Assembly: GCA_002408085.1 (NCBI GenBank)
Contig: DHQL01000013.1
Location: 100,711-164,710 of the forward strand
Direction of reading: 5' to 3'
Length of the DNA: 64,000 bases
From: Spirochaeta sp. UBA5339
Lineage (GTDB): Bacteria; Spirochaetota; Spirochaetia; DSM-2461
The position numbers and the translations under genes were made by a program. The notes under the pieces were generated by a model that saw only the letters and a list, made by a program, of their open reading frames with translations, searched no databases and was not told the origin of the DNA. This document shows positions 8,892 through 19,488 of the stretch, in pieces. The number at the start of each line of letters is the position of its first letter. Positions within the stretch are counted from its first letter, which is position 1.

Positions 8892-11800
8892 ATGAAGATC
8901 ACCGTTCCTCGTTTCTTTTTCCTTCTGTTCATATTTCTTCTGTTTTCCTGCGAAAAAGCGAAGGAGCCTGAACAGACCGCTCTTCCTGTTTCCGCAGAGG
9001 TTCCGGTGCGGGAGACCGGCCCCCTTATTACTCCCCTTGATATTGACTTTCTGCCTACCGAACCTATTCTTACCGACAGTGAAGTCCTGTCGGAGAGTCC
9101 TGTCTCCGAAGTGGATTTAAGTGCCCTTCTGGAGGCGGAGGACAGGGAGATGGGAGACCGGGAAGAAGAACTCCGTGCATCCATTGATTATTCCAGCCTG
9201 ACTACAAATTACTTTGATGCCGATGCGGTTGATACGGGTGCACTCAGGGCCCCTGAATCTGTTGGGGCTCTTAAAATTGTTGACTTCGGTCCTGTGGGGC
9301 AGCTGCCTATTGAAATGCGAAGGCCCTCTATCTATGTCCAGTTTAATCAGCCCATGGTACCGGTCTCCAAACTCGGGGAGCCCATGAGAAGCCATGATAT
9401 CCTCAAGATCAGCCCTGAAGTGGAGGGAACCTACCGCTGGTATGGTACCAAGACTCTCAGCTTCGAGCCCGATGCTCCCATTCACCGACAAAGCCGTTAC
9501 AGGGTTTCCATCAGTTCCGGAGCCAGCTCCATCTATGGCAGGGTTCTGGGACAGTCCTTTGACTTTACCATCGAAAGCGAGGCTCCGGAGATCCTCTCCC
9601 TCTCATTCGGTCCCGGGGATGATCTTTATGATGCCTCCCTGGAGGTGCCCCCTGGTCACAGTTCCCGTATACTCCTTACCTTCAACCAGACCATTGATGC
9701 AGATGGGCTGGCTGATTTTCTGATCCTTCAGGACGGAGAGGGCAGAGAGTATCCGGTGAAGGTCTCTTCACCGGATACAGATGAGTACTATCTCGATGAG
9801 AACTTTCTCAGACGGTCGGCTCTGGTGGAGCCGGAGGAGACTCTTCCTCTGGAAAGTTCATTTACCCTCTCTGTGCTTGAGGGATTCAGGACGAAGGAGG
9901 GGGCAAGCCCGACAGCGGAAGTCATGAGCCGGGATTTTTCCACGGTTTCGGCTTTCAGATTTTCCAGGCAGTCAGACAGAAGCTGGTCCTTTCCCTATGA
10001 TCCTGAGGGGGTGATGAACCCTCTCTATCTGAGTTTCACTCATCCAGTGGATCCCGACTCTCTTGACGGAAAAATCTCTGTGAGCTTTGAGGGTATCCAA
10101 ATGGCTGATCATCTGAAGGTCTGGGGTGATACGGTTCGTATCGCCAATCTTCCAGTGGAGTACGAGAGTTCCTACCAGGTGACCCTGATGCCCGGAATAC
10201 GGGATATCTACGGACGTGAAGCAGACCTGGACAGTGACAATGAGCATGGGACCAGGGTGATTCAGGTAGAGGTGCCGGCTGCCATCAGCTACTCCTACTT
10301 TCCGGGCTGGGAGGGGCTTGCGGCCCTTGAGGCACAGTTTGACCCTGCGGTTGTTTATGAATTTCAGAATATCGATCAGGGAAGTTTCAGGATAAATGGT
10401 GAAGAACAGGACCTGGCACTGGATCAGGCACCCCGGAATCAGGCCGTCTACAATCTGGTGGATCTGAAGCCCTATATGAATGAAGAGGGCTATGGAAGGG
10501 TTAATCTGAACTGGAATTTCACCGAAAGGCGGCGGACCTGGAACAACGAGATCCGGGAATATGAAAAAAAGAGAAATATGGATGTCCAGGTGACGGATAT
10601 GGGAATCACAACCCGCTTTGCCTACAATAAAATTCTCGTCTGGGTAAACAGCCTCTCAACAGGCGATTCAGTCAGCGGAGCCCGGATCAATATTGAAGGG
10701 CCTGGAGGTTTCAGTAGTGCCGTTACCAATGCCGATGGATTGGCCCTTGTTTCCCTTGCTCCGGGCGAGTTCCGTCAGAAATTCTACAGCACCCGCAGAA
10801 ATCGTTATGATTTTTCCATCTCCGCCGAGAAGGGCATGGACCGTGCTGATCTCAATGTGACCAACACCCACTACACTGGCCGCTTCGGCATCAGCAGCAG
10901 CCGTCCCGAGTTTGCTCTGGACAGTATCCCGAGGGTCTTTCTTTTTTCAGACAGAGGAATCTACCGACCTGGAGAGACTCTTACCTTTCGGGGAGTGGAC
11001 TGGAACCAGAGACTGGGTGAATTTTCTCCCTATCAGGGGGATTTTACACTCTCTATTATGAAGCGGGAGGGCTACCGGAAAAAAGCCATTACATCCTGGC
11101 GGGGGACAACGACCTCCTCGGGCGGATTTTTCGATACCTGGACCATTACCGATGATATGGATCCCGGTGACTACTACATCCGTTATGAGCGGGGAGGGCG
11201 AAGTGTGGACGAACCCTTTCAGGTGGCCAATTTCAGACGCCTGAACTTTCAGGTTCAGCTGCGTGCTCCCGAAAGAACTTTTTTCCTGGGGGATACCATT
11301 GCGGTACCCCTTGAGGCAAGTTATCTTGCCGGCGGTCCTCTGGCGGGGGGGGAGGTCTCCTCTTTCTGGACGAGAAAACCCCTTGAGTTCCGTCCCTCGG
11401 GAGAGAAGTGGAAGTATTGGACCTTCGGGCCCCGGGGATGGGAGCAGGAGAAAAATCTGAGTTCCGACAGTTCGAAGCTCTCCCTTCAGGGAAAGGCAGG
11501 TCTTGAGATCGAGACAACAGAGCAGAGCCTCAAGGGCAAGGCCTACCGCTATGTGGTGGAGGCCACTGTGGAGGATGTTGACCGTCAGGCCATCTCCGCC
11601 TCTACTTCGGCGGTGGTTCATCCGGCCTCATGGTATATTGCCGCCCGTACCGGATCTGCTTCTGCCTCTCGCCGGGGCAGCCGTTATGTCGCCGTAGACG
11701 ATGACCTTCAGTTTTCTCTGGCCCAGGTCGGTCCCGGTGGAGAATCCCTCACCCATGAGGGGGTTCTGACCCTTGAGATGATAAAGGGCTCCTGGCAGGC

Positions 11801-14800
11801 GGCCCAGCAGAAAAATGTCGGCAGCCGTATCAACACCCGTTACGAGTGGGTGGAAGAGAGCCTCTTTACCCGGGAGATACCCTGGGAAGAGGGCATGGCA
11901 GAATATCATTATACCCCCGAAAGTTCAGGCAGCTACCGCCTCAGGATCAAAGCCGAGGACTCCCGGGGGCGGGAAATCCTGACGGATATCAGCTTCTATG
12001 CTTCCGGTGGTTCTTGGGTCAGATGGGCCGGGGGGAACCGGGAGGACATCACCCTGGAACCTGAGCAGGACCTTTACTTTCCCGGAGATACAGCCCGTAT
12101 CCTGGTCAAGTCTCCCCTGGAGAGAGGCCGCTACCTTCTGACAATTGAACGGGAGGGTATCCTTGAGGAGCGTTTTATCGACCTTGATCCCTCGAATCCA
12201 ATCATCGAAATCCCCGTTAAGGAGGAGTGGATTCCTGTGATGCATATCACCCTGGCAGGATTTCTGCCCCGTGGGGATCTGCCTGAATCCTATCACGATC
12301 CCGACTTCGGGAAACCCAGGGGGATTTTCGGTGCCGCGGCCCTTAATATCTCCACTCAAACCAGGGAGCTGGACCTGGAAATCCTGCCGGACAAGGCGGT
12401 TTACCGTCCCGGTGAAGAGGCGGAAATTACAATCCGGGTAACCGAAAACGGACGTCCTGTGGAAGGCGCCGAGGTCAGCTATCTGGCAGTGGACCGGGGA
12501 ATTCTTGATCTGATCAACTATCATATTCCCAACCCCTTGAGTTACTTCTACAGCAGAACCAACTTTCTGAGCTACACAGCCGGAGACGACTCCCGGCGAC
12601 TGCTTCTCAATCCCGTCACCTATGAGACCAGCAATCTCAGGGGCGGTGATGGAGAGGAGAGCAAACTCCAGAGAAGGGATGATTTTACCCCTCTGGCGGT
12701 ATTTGAACCCTACCTGCTTACCGATTCCACGGGAACCGTCAGGGTCAATCTCCAGTGGCCCGATACCCTGACCACCTACCGTTCCACGGCCATTGTCCTT
12801 AAGGATCAGAAGATCGGTTACTCCGAGGATGAGCTCTTTGTCCGTAATCCCCTCAATGTCAGGGCGGCTCTGCCCCGGCAGATGCGTGTCAGGGACACAA
12901 GTTTTGCGGGAGTGGTAATCAGCAATATCGATTCTTCGGACCATGAGGTTACGGTGAAGATCAGCAGTGAAGGTCTCGGACTTCCCGGAGAGACGGAGAA
13001 GACCGTTACGGTTCCTGCGGGACGGGCTTATGAAGTTCCCTTTGTGATAGAAGCCCGCAGCGAGGGAGAGAGTGAGGTTCTTTTTACCATTCTCAGTGAT
13101 GTACTCAAGGAGGAACTCCTTCAGACCATGACCGTTTCTGCTCCTCTGATTGTCGAGACCATGACCACCATGGGGATTGTCGAGGCCGATGAGGCCGTTG
13201 CAGAGGAGGCTCTGCTTGTCCCGATGAACATCGGCAGGGGCTACGGCTCTCTCCAGGTCGTCCTTGACTCATCTCAGGCTCCTTTTCTGATGACCCAGCT
13301 CAGAACCCTCACGGACCATCGGGTCTATGATTTTACCTTCGACTATCTCTACGCCGCTGCACCGGGGATCATCGCACCGGATCTGATGGAGCTGATGGAC
13401 CCGGTTCTGGCGGAGAGGGCAAAAGCAAACCGGGACAGCTTCTGGGCCATCGCGGCAAACCGTCAGAACAGTGACGGCGGTATCCGCTCCAGCGGCTCTG
13501 TGTACAACACCCAGAGCAGTCCCTACCTCTCTCTTGTCACCTATCATATGCTCCAGTTAATGAACGCCCGGGGACAGACTACTGATATAAAGGAACTCTC
13601 ATTGAACCAGTATCTGAGCAGGTTTGCACGGGAGGAGGGAAGTCTCTACTTCAGGCTCTATCTCCACTACCTGACGTCCATGGCAGGCCATCCGGACGAG
13701 GATCAGACGGATCTCTTTCTTGAAATGGGAGATGAACTGGGTATCAGCGGATACGCCCTTATGGGGGCGGTCTGCACCATGGAAGGAAGAAGTAAAAAGG
13801 CCGCTGAACTCTATCAGAAGGTCAGAAACTTTGTTTCCATCGGTACAAAGGGTGTAGATATCAGAGACAGTTATGAGACCAGATTCTACTTTGACTCGGG
13901 GTATCAGCAGCTCTCCCATCTTCTGCATCTTGCACTGCTGACCGGTGAGGAACCGGAAATGCTCAGGCGTTACTCCTGGTCCCTGGATCTTCAGAAGGGT
14001 GAGAGAAACTGGATCAATGCCCAGGACCGTATATGGATGGCCCTTGCCCTGAGCAGTCTCCTCTCTTCCGAGAACCCGGGTGAGGTAAACTATCAGGGTT
14101 CTGCAGTTCTCAACGATACGGCCCTGATCTCCGACCGGTTTGAGGGATTCTCCAGGGGGCCCAGGGAGTCGGAGTTCGATCTCTTTGATAAAGTCATTCC
14201 CCTGAGTCCCCAGAATGAGGTGGGAAGCCTCCAGTTCCGGAAGGAGGGGGAGGGAACGCTCTACTATACGGCCACTCTCAACTACGCCCTTCCCGGAGAG
14301 GTCGCTCCCGCCCGGGATGAGGGTTTGGCGGTCTTTACACAGATTGAAACTCTTGATGGCAGGATTGTGGAATCGGACAGCCTGGAACTTGGAGGCAGCT
14401 ACCGGATGAGAGTCTTCCTGAATACCTCGAAAAACAGAGGCTACGTCAACCTCTCTGTACCCGTTCCTTCCGGTGCGGAAATCGTGGATCCCAGCCTCTC
14501 GGTCTCCTCCTCCTACTTCAACAGTGGCGGGGTCCAGTCGGAAAAGTGGACCCGTGAGGAACAATACGGCGATGAGACTGCCTATCTGGAAGAGGGATAT
14601 ATCTGGAGGGGACTGCGTTTTCCAAACAGGCCCAATCAGCTGATCTTCGATAATGAGATCCGCTACTCCTGGGACTACCTCTACTACGGTCAGAGGGAGG
14701 TTTCCTTTATCTTCCGGTGTACCACTCCGGGGGTCTATCCCACACCCCCAGCGTCTGCAAGCCTCCTCTTTGAGCCCGAGGTCTTCGGAAGGGGCAGGGG

Positions 14801-14822
14801 TAGACTGATTGTTGTCAGGTAG
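8892..14822 (+). CDS. Bacterial alpha-2-macroglobulin family lipoprotein
   Basis: Lipobox LFSC; FNQPMV, FSDRGIYRPGE, YLAVDRGIL, RRDDF, WPDTLTTYR, PSGAEIVDP, FEPEVFGRG motifs; followed by pbpC. Confidence 0.9.
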   Translation: MKITVPRFFFLLFIFLLFSCEKAKEPEQTALPVSAEVPVRETGPLITPLDIDFLPTEPILTDSEVLSESPVSEVDLSALLEAEDREMGDREEELRASIDYSSLTTNYFDADAVDTGALRAPESVGALKIVDFGPVGQLPIEMRRPSIYVQFNQPMVPVSKLGEPMRSHDILKISPEVEGTYRWYGTKTLSFEPDAPIHRQSRYRVSISSGASSIYGRVLGQSFDFTIESEAPEILSLSFGPGDDLYDASLEVPPGHSSRILLTFNQTIDADGLADFLILQDGEGREYPVKVSSPDTDEYYLDENFLRRSALVEPEETLPLESSFTLSVLEGFRTKEGASPTAEVMSRDFSTVSAFRFSRQSDRSWSFPYDPEGVMNPLYLSFTHPVDPDSLDGKISVSFEGIQMADHLKVWGDTVRIANLPVEYESSYQVTLMPGIRDIYGREADLDSDNEHGTRVIQVEVPAAISYSYFPGWEGLAALEAQFDPAVVYEFQNIDQGSFRINGEEQDLALDQAPRNQAVYNLVDLKPYMNEEGYGRVNLNWNFTERRRTWNNEIREYEKKRNMDVQVTDMGITTRFAYNKILVWVNSLSTGDSVSGARINIEGPGGFSSAVTNADGLALVSLAPGEFRQKFYSTRRNRYDFSISAEKGMDRADLNVTNTHYTGRFGISSSRPEFALDSIPRVFLFSDRGIYRPGETLTFRGVDWNQRLGEFSPYQGDFTLSIMKREGYRKKAITSWRGTTTSSGGFFDTWTITDDMDPGDYYIRYERGGRSVDEPFQVANFRRLNFQVQLRAPERTFFLGDTIAVPLEASYLAGGPLAGGEVSSFWTRKPLEFRPSGEKWKYWTFGPRGWEQEKNLSSDSSKLSLQGKAGLEIETTEQSLKGKAYRYVVEATVEDVDRQAISASTSAVVHPASWYIAARTGSASASRRGSRYVAVDDDLQFSLAQVGPGGESLTHEGVLTLEMIKGSWQAAQQKNVGSRINTRYEWVEESLFTREIPWEEGMAEYHYTPESSGSYRLRIKAEDSRGREILTDISFYASGGSWVRWAGGNREDITLEPEQDLYFPGDTARILVKSPLERGRYLLTIEREGILEERFIDLDPSNPIIEIPVKEEWIPVMHITLAGFLPRGDLPESYHDPDFGKPRGIFGAAALNISTQTRELDLEILPDKAVYRPGEEAEITIRVTENGRPVEGAEVSYLAVDRGILDLINYHIPNPLSYFYSRTNFLSYTAGDDSRRLLLNPVTYETSNLRGGDGEESKLQRRDDFTPLAVFEPYLLTDSTGTVRVNLQWPDTLTTYRSTAIVLKDQKIGYSEDELFVRNPLNVRAALPRQMRVRDTSFAGVVISNIDSSDHEVTVKISSEGLGLPGETEKTVTVPAGRAYEVPFVIEARSEGESEVLFTILSDVLKEELLQTMTVSAPLIVETMTTMGIVEADEAVAEEALLVPMNIGRGYGSLQVVLDSSQAPFLMTQLRTLTDHRVYDFTFDYLYAAAPGIIAPDLMELMDPVLAERAKANRDSFWAIAANRQNSDGGIRSSGSVYNTQSSPYLSLVTYHMLQLMNARGQTTDIKELSLNQYLSRFAREEGSLYFRLYLHYLTSMAGHPDEDQTDLFLEMGDELGISGYALMGAVCTMEGRSKKAAELYQKVRNFVSIGTKGVDIRDSYETRFYFDSGYQQLSHLLHLALLTGEEPEMLRRYSWSLDLQKGERNWINAQDRIWMALALSSLLSSENPGEVNYQGSAVLNDTALISDRFEGFSRGPRESEFDLFDKVIPLSPQNEVGSLQFRKEGEGTLYYTATLNYALPGEVAPARDEGLAVFTQIETLDGRIVESDSLELGGSYRMRVFLNTSKNRGYVNLSVPVPSGAEIVDPSLSVSSSYFNSGGVQSEKWTREEQYGDETAYLEEGYIWRGLRFPNRPNQLIFDNEIRYSWDYLYYGQREVSFIFRCTTPGVYPTPPASASLLFEPEVFGRGRGRLIVVR

Positions 14823-17073
14823 AACAATCCGGGTTCGGCGAATCCTGATCCGGAGAATCCTGGTCGGAGCTGTTCTGGCCGGGGCCGGGATCTTTCTCTG
14901 GCTCCGCTTTTCTCCCTACGGGGATTTTGAGCGTTTCAAAGTCCGCTTTTACAGTCCTGTTCTTTACAGCAGGGAAGGAACCCTTCTGGCAGTTCTGCCC
15001 CTGGAAGAGGGACTGCGGAGGCAGCATCTTGATGCATCTGCTTTAAGCAAAGAGCAGGTTGATCTGATCCTGGCTTCCGAGGACAGAAGGTTCTACAGAC
15101 ACCCCGGGGTGGATGTTCCAGCCCTATTGCGTTCATCACTCCTTTATCTGAAGACTGGTGAGATAGTCTCCGGCGGTTCCACTATCACCATGCAGCTTGC
15201 CAGAATCATCTCTTCAAGACCTCCGGGGATCAGAGGGAAACTCCTGGAGATCTACAACGCCCTTCGGCTGGAAACCCGTCTGGAAAAAGATGATATTCTG
15301 ACTCTCTACCTCAGTAATCTCCCCTTCGGCAGCAACCTGGAGGGACTGGAATCGGCGTCATACCATTTTTTTCTGAAGTCCGCTTCGGAGCTGAGCCGGG
15401 AGGAACTTCTGGTTCTGATGATGATTCCAAGGCGGCCGGGGAGTTTCAATCCCCTGGTTTCTCCTGAAGGAAACAGTATGGCTGTGGAACGGACTCTTTC
15501 CCGTCTGCCCTTTGTTCCCGCTCCGGGTGATCTTGAGGATGTCTATGGCCGCTTGAGGGACCACAGGCCTTCCTGGCCCCGGAGGGTTCCTCACTTTACG
15601 GCCTATGTAAAAGAGAGACTGAGCCGGGAGGAGTGGATTCGGGGAGCCCAGGTCTATACCTCTTTGAATCTGGATTTTCAGGAGGCGGCCTCCGAGGGAC
15701 TGAAGGAGGTTGTTGAGTCGGCCTCGGAGTTCAGAATCAGCAACGGCGCCGTGATCATCCTGGACAACTCTACCGGGGAAATCCTGGCCTATCAGGGATC
15801 TGTGGACTTCTATGACACAGAGAATCAGGGGCAGATTGACGGGGTCCGAATACTCAGGCAGCCCGGAAGTACCCTGAAGCCCTTTCTCTATGCCATGGCT
15901 CTGGAACAGGGATTTACAGCCTCTTCGATTCTTCCGGATATTCCCATGGACTTCGGCAGGGATGAGATATACGTTCCCGAAAACTACAACCGAAGATTTA
16001 ACGGACCTGTCCGCCTTTCAGTGGCCCTGGGGTCCTCCCTCAATGTGCCTGCTGTCTATATGGCCGAGCGTCTGGGAGTGGAAGCCTTCCGGGAGCGTCT
16101 TGTCCGGGCGGGGTTCGCCTCTCTGGAGGGACAGAAGAGCACCGGGGTCGGTCTGGCACTGGGAAACGGAGAGGTCAGGCTCCTGGAGCTGGCCCGGGGA
16201 TTTTCTGTTTTTACCAGGGAGGGCATGCTTATACCTCTTGAGTTCAGACGCGGAGGGGGACAGGAGCCGAATGGGATCACTTCCGGAGAAGACGTCCTGG
16301 AGGAATCGGGGCAGCCTGTTTTTACCCCTGAAGCCGCCGGAACCATAAGGAACATCCTTTCAAGCAAGCAGAACCGGGTCCTCGGCTTCGGAAGGGTCAG
16401 TCCCCTGGATGTAGAATTTGACGCACTGTTCAAGACGGGCACCTCCAATCAGTTTAATAATATCTGGGCAGTTGGTTCCACTCAGGACATCACCTGCGCC
16501 GTTTGGATGGGAAACTTTTCCGGAGAGACAGTAATAGGTGCTCCCGGAAGCTCCTTCCCGGCCAGATTGACCGCATCTCTCTTGAAGACCCTTCACAGAA
16601 GAGAGCAATTTGAGACAGGTGTGTCCTTTCAACAGGAGAGGATCTGCACCCTCAGCGGAGCAAAAGCCGGCCCCCGGTGTCCCTACACTGTTACAGAGTT
16701 ATTTCCTGAGGGAACCCTGCTCTCCGAGTGCAGCTGGCACAAAGGCTCTCAGGTGTTTCTTCCTGTGGAGTACAGTCCCTGGATTGAGTCCCGGATGCTG
16801 GATTATCGGGTGGACGATTCTCCCTCTCCTGTCAGGTTTCTCCAGCCCGGGGACGGGTCCGTTTTCTATTTTGATCCTACGATTCCCGCTGAGGGACAGT
16901 CCATTCCAGTTCATGTATCCGGAACCGGTTCGGCGGAGCTTTATATCAACGGAGAACTGGTATACCAGGGTGAGGCTCCCTTTTCCCGGTTCCATCCCTT
17001 AAGCAGAGGAAGCTTTACTCTGGAACTGAAAAGTTCCCGTACAGAAGAGACTATCCGTATTCTTGTGAAATAA
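14809..17073 (+). CDS. pbpC: Penicillin-binding protein 1C (transglycosylase/transpeptidase)
   Basis: EDRRFYRHPGVD, GGSTITMQLAR, RQPGSTLKPF (SxxK), SSLN (SxN), KTGTS; C-terminal PBP1C domain; overlaps the macroglobulin stop. Confidence 0.9.
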   Translation: MLSGRTIRVRRILIRRILVGAVLAGAGIFLWLRFSPYGDFERFKVRFYSPVLYSREGTLLAVLPLEEGLRRQHLDASALSKEQVDLILASEDRRFYRHPGVDVPALLRSSLLYLKTGEIVSGGSTITMQLARIISSRPPGIRGKLLEIYNALRLETRLEKDDILTLYLSNLPFGSNLEGLESASYHFFLKSASELSREELLVLMMIPRRPGSFNPLVSPEGNSMAVERTLSRLPFVPAPGDLEDVYGRLRDHRPSWPRRVPHFTAYVKERLSREEWIRGAQVYTSLNLDFQEAASEGLKEVVESASEFRISNGAVIILDNSTGEILAYQGSVDFYDTENQGQIDGVRILRQPGSTLKPFLYAMALEQGFTASSILPDIPMDFGRDEIYVPENYNRRFNGPVRLSVALGSSLNVPAVYMAERLGVEAFRERLVRAGFASLEGQKSTGVGLALGNGEVRLLELARGFSVFTREGMLIPLEFRRGGGQEPNGITSGEDVLEESGQPVFTPEAAGTIRNILSSKQNRVLGFGRVSPLDVEFDALFKTGTSNQFNNIWAVGSTQDITCAVWMGNFSGETVIGAPGSSFPARLTASLLKTLHRREQFETGVSFQQERICTLSGAKAGPRCPYTVTELFPEGTLLSECSWHKGSQVFLPVEYSPWIESRMLDYRVDDSPSPVRFLQPGDGSVFYFDPTIPAEGQSIPVHVSGTGSAELYINGELVYQGEAPFSRFHPLSRGSFTLELKSSRTEETIRILVK

Positions 17074-17178
17074 TTTTCAAAAACAGCTGTAAAGGTACAA
17101 TCGGAAAAAATCCTATATTACATTTGCCGGATTAGAAATATTATAAAATCGAAAACATTTAAAAATCTGGAGAATATA

Positions 17179-17967
17179 GTGGGCAGGCAAAGTTTATCCG
17201 GAAGCAGTTCCGGTTTCAGAAACAATTTCAACAGGAAGAGAGAAGAGAAAGACGGCTGTCTTGTGGCAATAAGCACCTTTACCGCCCTGTCCCTTATAAT
17301 CTGGCTTTATGGAAAGGCTGGAACTGCGGGTTTTATCTATATTCTGTTCCTTACAGCAGCCTTTGCTTTTTTATACGGGCTTTTTCTCTTTTATAAGACA
17401 AAGACGAATGCCAGGAAAGCCGGTGAAGCAGTTTCTCTTTATCAGAAAGGAGAATACAGGGAGGCTTATGCCGTAGCCCTTTCCATCTCGGGTCAGAACT
17501 GTGATGCGGCTCTGATTGCCGGTCTCTGTCTGCGCAGCGGCAAAGGCTGTGATCAGGATCATGATAAGGCCTTCCGCTGTTTTAAATTTGCCCGCAGCAG
17601 AAGTATGGAGGCCAGGGCCTACTATGGTGAGATGCTGACCATTGGGACAGGCTGTGCAAGGGATGTGGTGACGGGTTTTAAGGAACTGGAAGTTGCAGCG
17701 GCCAACGACATTCCCTATGCGAACCTCTGTATGGGAAGGCTCCTGTTCAACGGCACCTTAATGAAGAAAAATATCAGCAGTGCCATGCGTAACCTCAGGA
17801 TTGCGGCCGAGGCCGGACTGCCCGGAGCTCAGTATATTGTAGGGTATATTCTTTACAATGGACTGGAAGGCATTCCGCAAAACAGCTCCAAGGGCCTTCA
17901 GTACCTGAACTGTGCCGCTTCGGCGGGGAATCTGAGAGCGAAAAGGATGCTTCAGAAGATGGGTTGA
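17179..17967 (+). CDS. Membrane-anchored Sel1-repeat protein
   Basis: Two TM segments followed by Sel1 repeats (GKGCDQDHDKAF, GTGCARDV, AQYIVGYILYNG..GIPQN). Confidence 0.8.
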   Translation: MGRQSLSGSSSGFRNNFNRKREEKDGCLVAISTFTALSLIIWLYGKAGTAGFIYILFLTAAFAFLYGLFLFYKTKTNARKAGEAVSLYQKGEYREAYAVALSISGQNCDAALIAGLCLRSGKGCDQDHDKAFRCFKFARSRSMEARAYYGEMLTIGTGCARDVVTGFKELEVAAANDIPYANLCMGRLLFNGTLMKKNISSAMRNLRIAAEAGLPGAQYIVGYILYNGLEGIPQNSSKGLQYLNCAASAGNLRAKRMLQKMG

Positions 17968-18054
17968 TCAGGCTGCGGGGATTCGGCTCCTGCACTGTTT
18001 AAATTTTTTGTAAAATAGTTTACCTTAAGGTCATAAGTATCGGAGGGTAAAAGA

Positions 18055-19224
18055 TTGAGTGATGAAAAACTTCAGGGAAACGAAGAGGACTTCGCATCCC
18101 TTTTTGAAAATAGCATAAGCGGAATGGACTCCATGGAACCCGGACAGATGATTGAAACAGAAATTGTGACCATCTCGGGGGACTCCATCTTTCTCCAGCT
18201 CAGCGGCAAGAGTGAGGGTATTCTTGACAAGGCGGAGATGGAAGATAAAGAGGGGAATCTTACCGTTAAAGAGGGAGATACCATACAGGTCTACTTCCTC
18301 AAAAGCAAAAACGGCGAGATGCACTTCACCACAAGAATCAGCTCCAGTGAAGCGGGGCAGGCTGTACTTGAGAATGCCTATTCCAATGGCATTCCCGTAG
18401 AAGGAGTGGTTGAGAAAGAGATCAAGGGCGGATTTGAGGTTAAAATAGGCGAAGCCCGTGCCTTCTGTCCCTACTCACAGATGGGTGAAAGACGTGTTGA
18501 GAACGCTTCCGAGTATGTGGGTAAGCATCTGAGCTTCAAGATTATCGAGCACAGCGAGAACGGCCGGAATATCCTTGTTTCCAACAGGGCCATTATTGAA
18601 GAAGAGCGGCAGAAGCAGATGGATGAACTCAAAAAGGTCATCAAGGTTGGACAGACCGTTACCGGTACCGTTCTGCAGATCCGTGATTTCGGCGCCTTTG
18701 TAGACATCGGCGGCATTCAGGCTCTGCTGCCTGTTTCCGAGATCAGCCGGACCCGTGTGGACAATGTCAATCAGGTCCTGGAGATCGGACAGGAAGTGGA
18801 AGCATCCATCCTGAAGCTGGACTGGCAGAACGAGCGTTTCTCCATCAGTATGAAGGCCCTTGAGAAGGACCCCTGGGATACGGCTGCAGAAACCTACAAG
18901 GCCGGCAGTACACACAAGGGTAAGGTTGCCCGGATCATGAATTTCGGCGCCTTTGTTACTCTTGAGCCCGGTATGGACGGTCTGATCCACATCTCGGATA
19001 TGAAGTTTGAAGACAGAGACCATAATCCTGCAGATCTTTATGAGAGCGGTGAAGAGGTGGAGGTTATCGTCAACAGTGTTGATCTGGAGAAGAAGAGAAT
19101 CTCTCTGAAACCCGCCTCCTCCTTTAAAAAGGATGCGGCGGCAAAGAAGTATATGGACTCTGAAACTGAGACCTACAACCCCTTTGCAGCCCTTCTGAAA
19201 GACAGGGTCGAAAAGAAAAAATAA
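18055..19224 (+). CDS. rpsA: 30S ribosomal protein S1-like protein, short four-S1-domain form
   Basis: GKSEG, IKGGFEV..RAFCPYSQ, DFGAFVDIGGIQALLPVSEIS, FGAFVTLEPGMDGLIHISD; C-terminal NPFAALL; TTG start with GGAGG SD. Confidence 0.85.
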   Translation: MSDEKLQGNEEDFASLFENSISGMDSMEPGQMIETEIVTISGDSIFLQLSGKSEGILDKAEMEDKEGNLTVKEGDTIQVYFLKSKNGEMHFTTRISSSEAGQAVLENAYSNGIPVEGVVEKEIKGGFEVKIGEARAFCPYSQMGERRVENASEYVGKHLSFKIIEHSENGRNILVSNRAIIEEERQKQMDELKKVIKVGQTVTGTVLQIRDFGAFVDIGGIQALLPVSEISRTRVDNVNQVLEIGQEVEASILKLDWQNERFSISMKALEKDPWDTAAETYKAGSTHKGKVARIMNFGAFVTLEPGMDGLIHISDMKFEDRDHNPADLYESGEEVEVIVNSVDLEKKRISLKPASSFKKDAAAKKYMDSETETYNPFAALLKDRVEKKK

Positions 19225-19288
19225 TTGGATTCCAGGTATTCCCTTAGGGGGAAGCCATAATCCCGCCTCCCCTGACCGGGAGGCTGAG

Positions 19289-19335
19289 AAACCCGGTACC
19301 AAAGCTTTTTTGAAGTTTCAGGTCCGGGTTTTTTT
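19289..19335 (+). terminator. Rho-independent terminator after rpsA
   Basis: AAACCCGG...CCGGGTTT stem followed by a T-run; extra hairpin GCCTCCC/GGGAGGC at 19265-19284. Confidence 0.6.
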
Positions 19336-19488
19336 ATCAGTTCTGCCTCCGGCTCTATCCGGATTTCAGGGGAACTGTTAAAATGAGTGATGACTCACTG
19401 ATCTGATATGAATCGCGGTAAGAAATATAATTGGAATTCAGTTTACCCATAACCAGGAGTTCACTACCTTATGTGCAGGAGAAGAAAA

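Noticed and set aside
9117-14564. Several long - strand ORFs inside the macroglobulin gene
   Set aside because: Shadow frames without motifs
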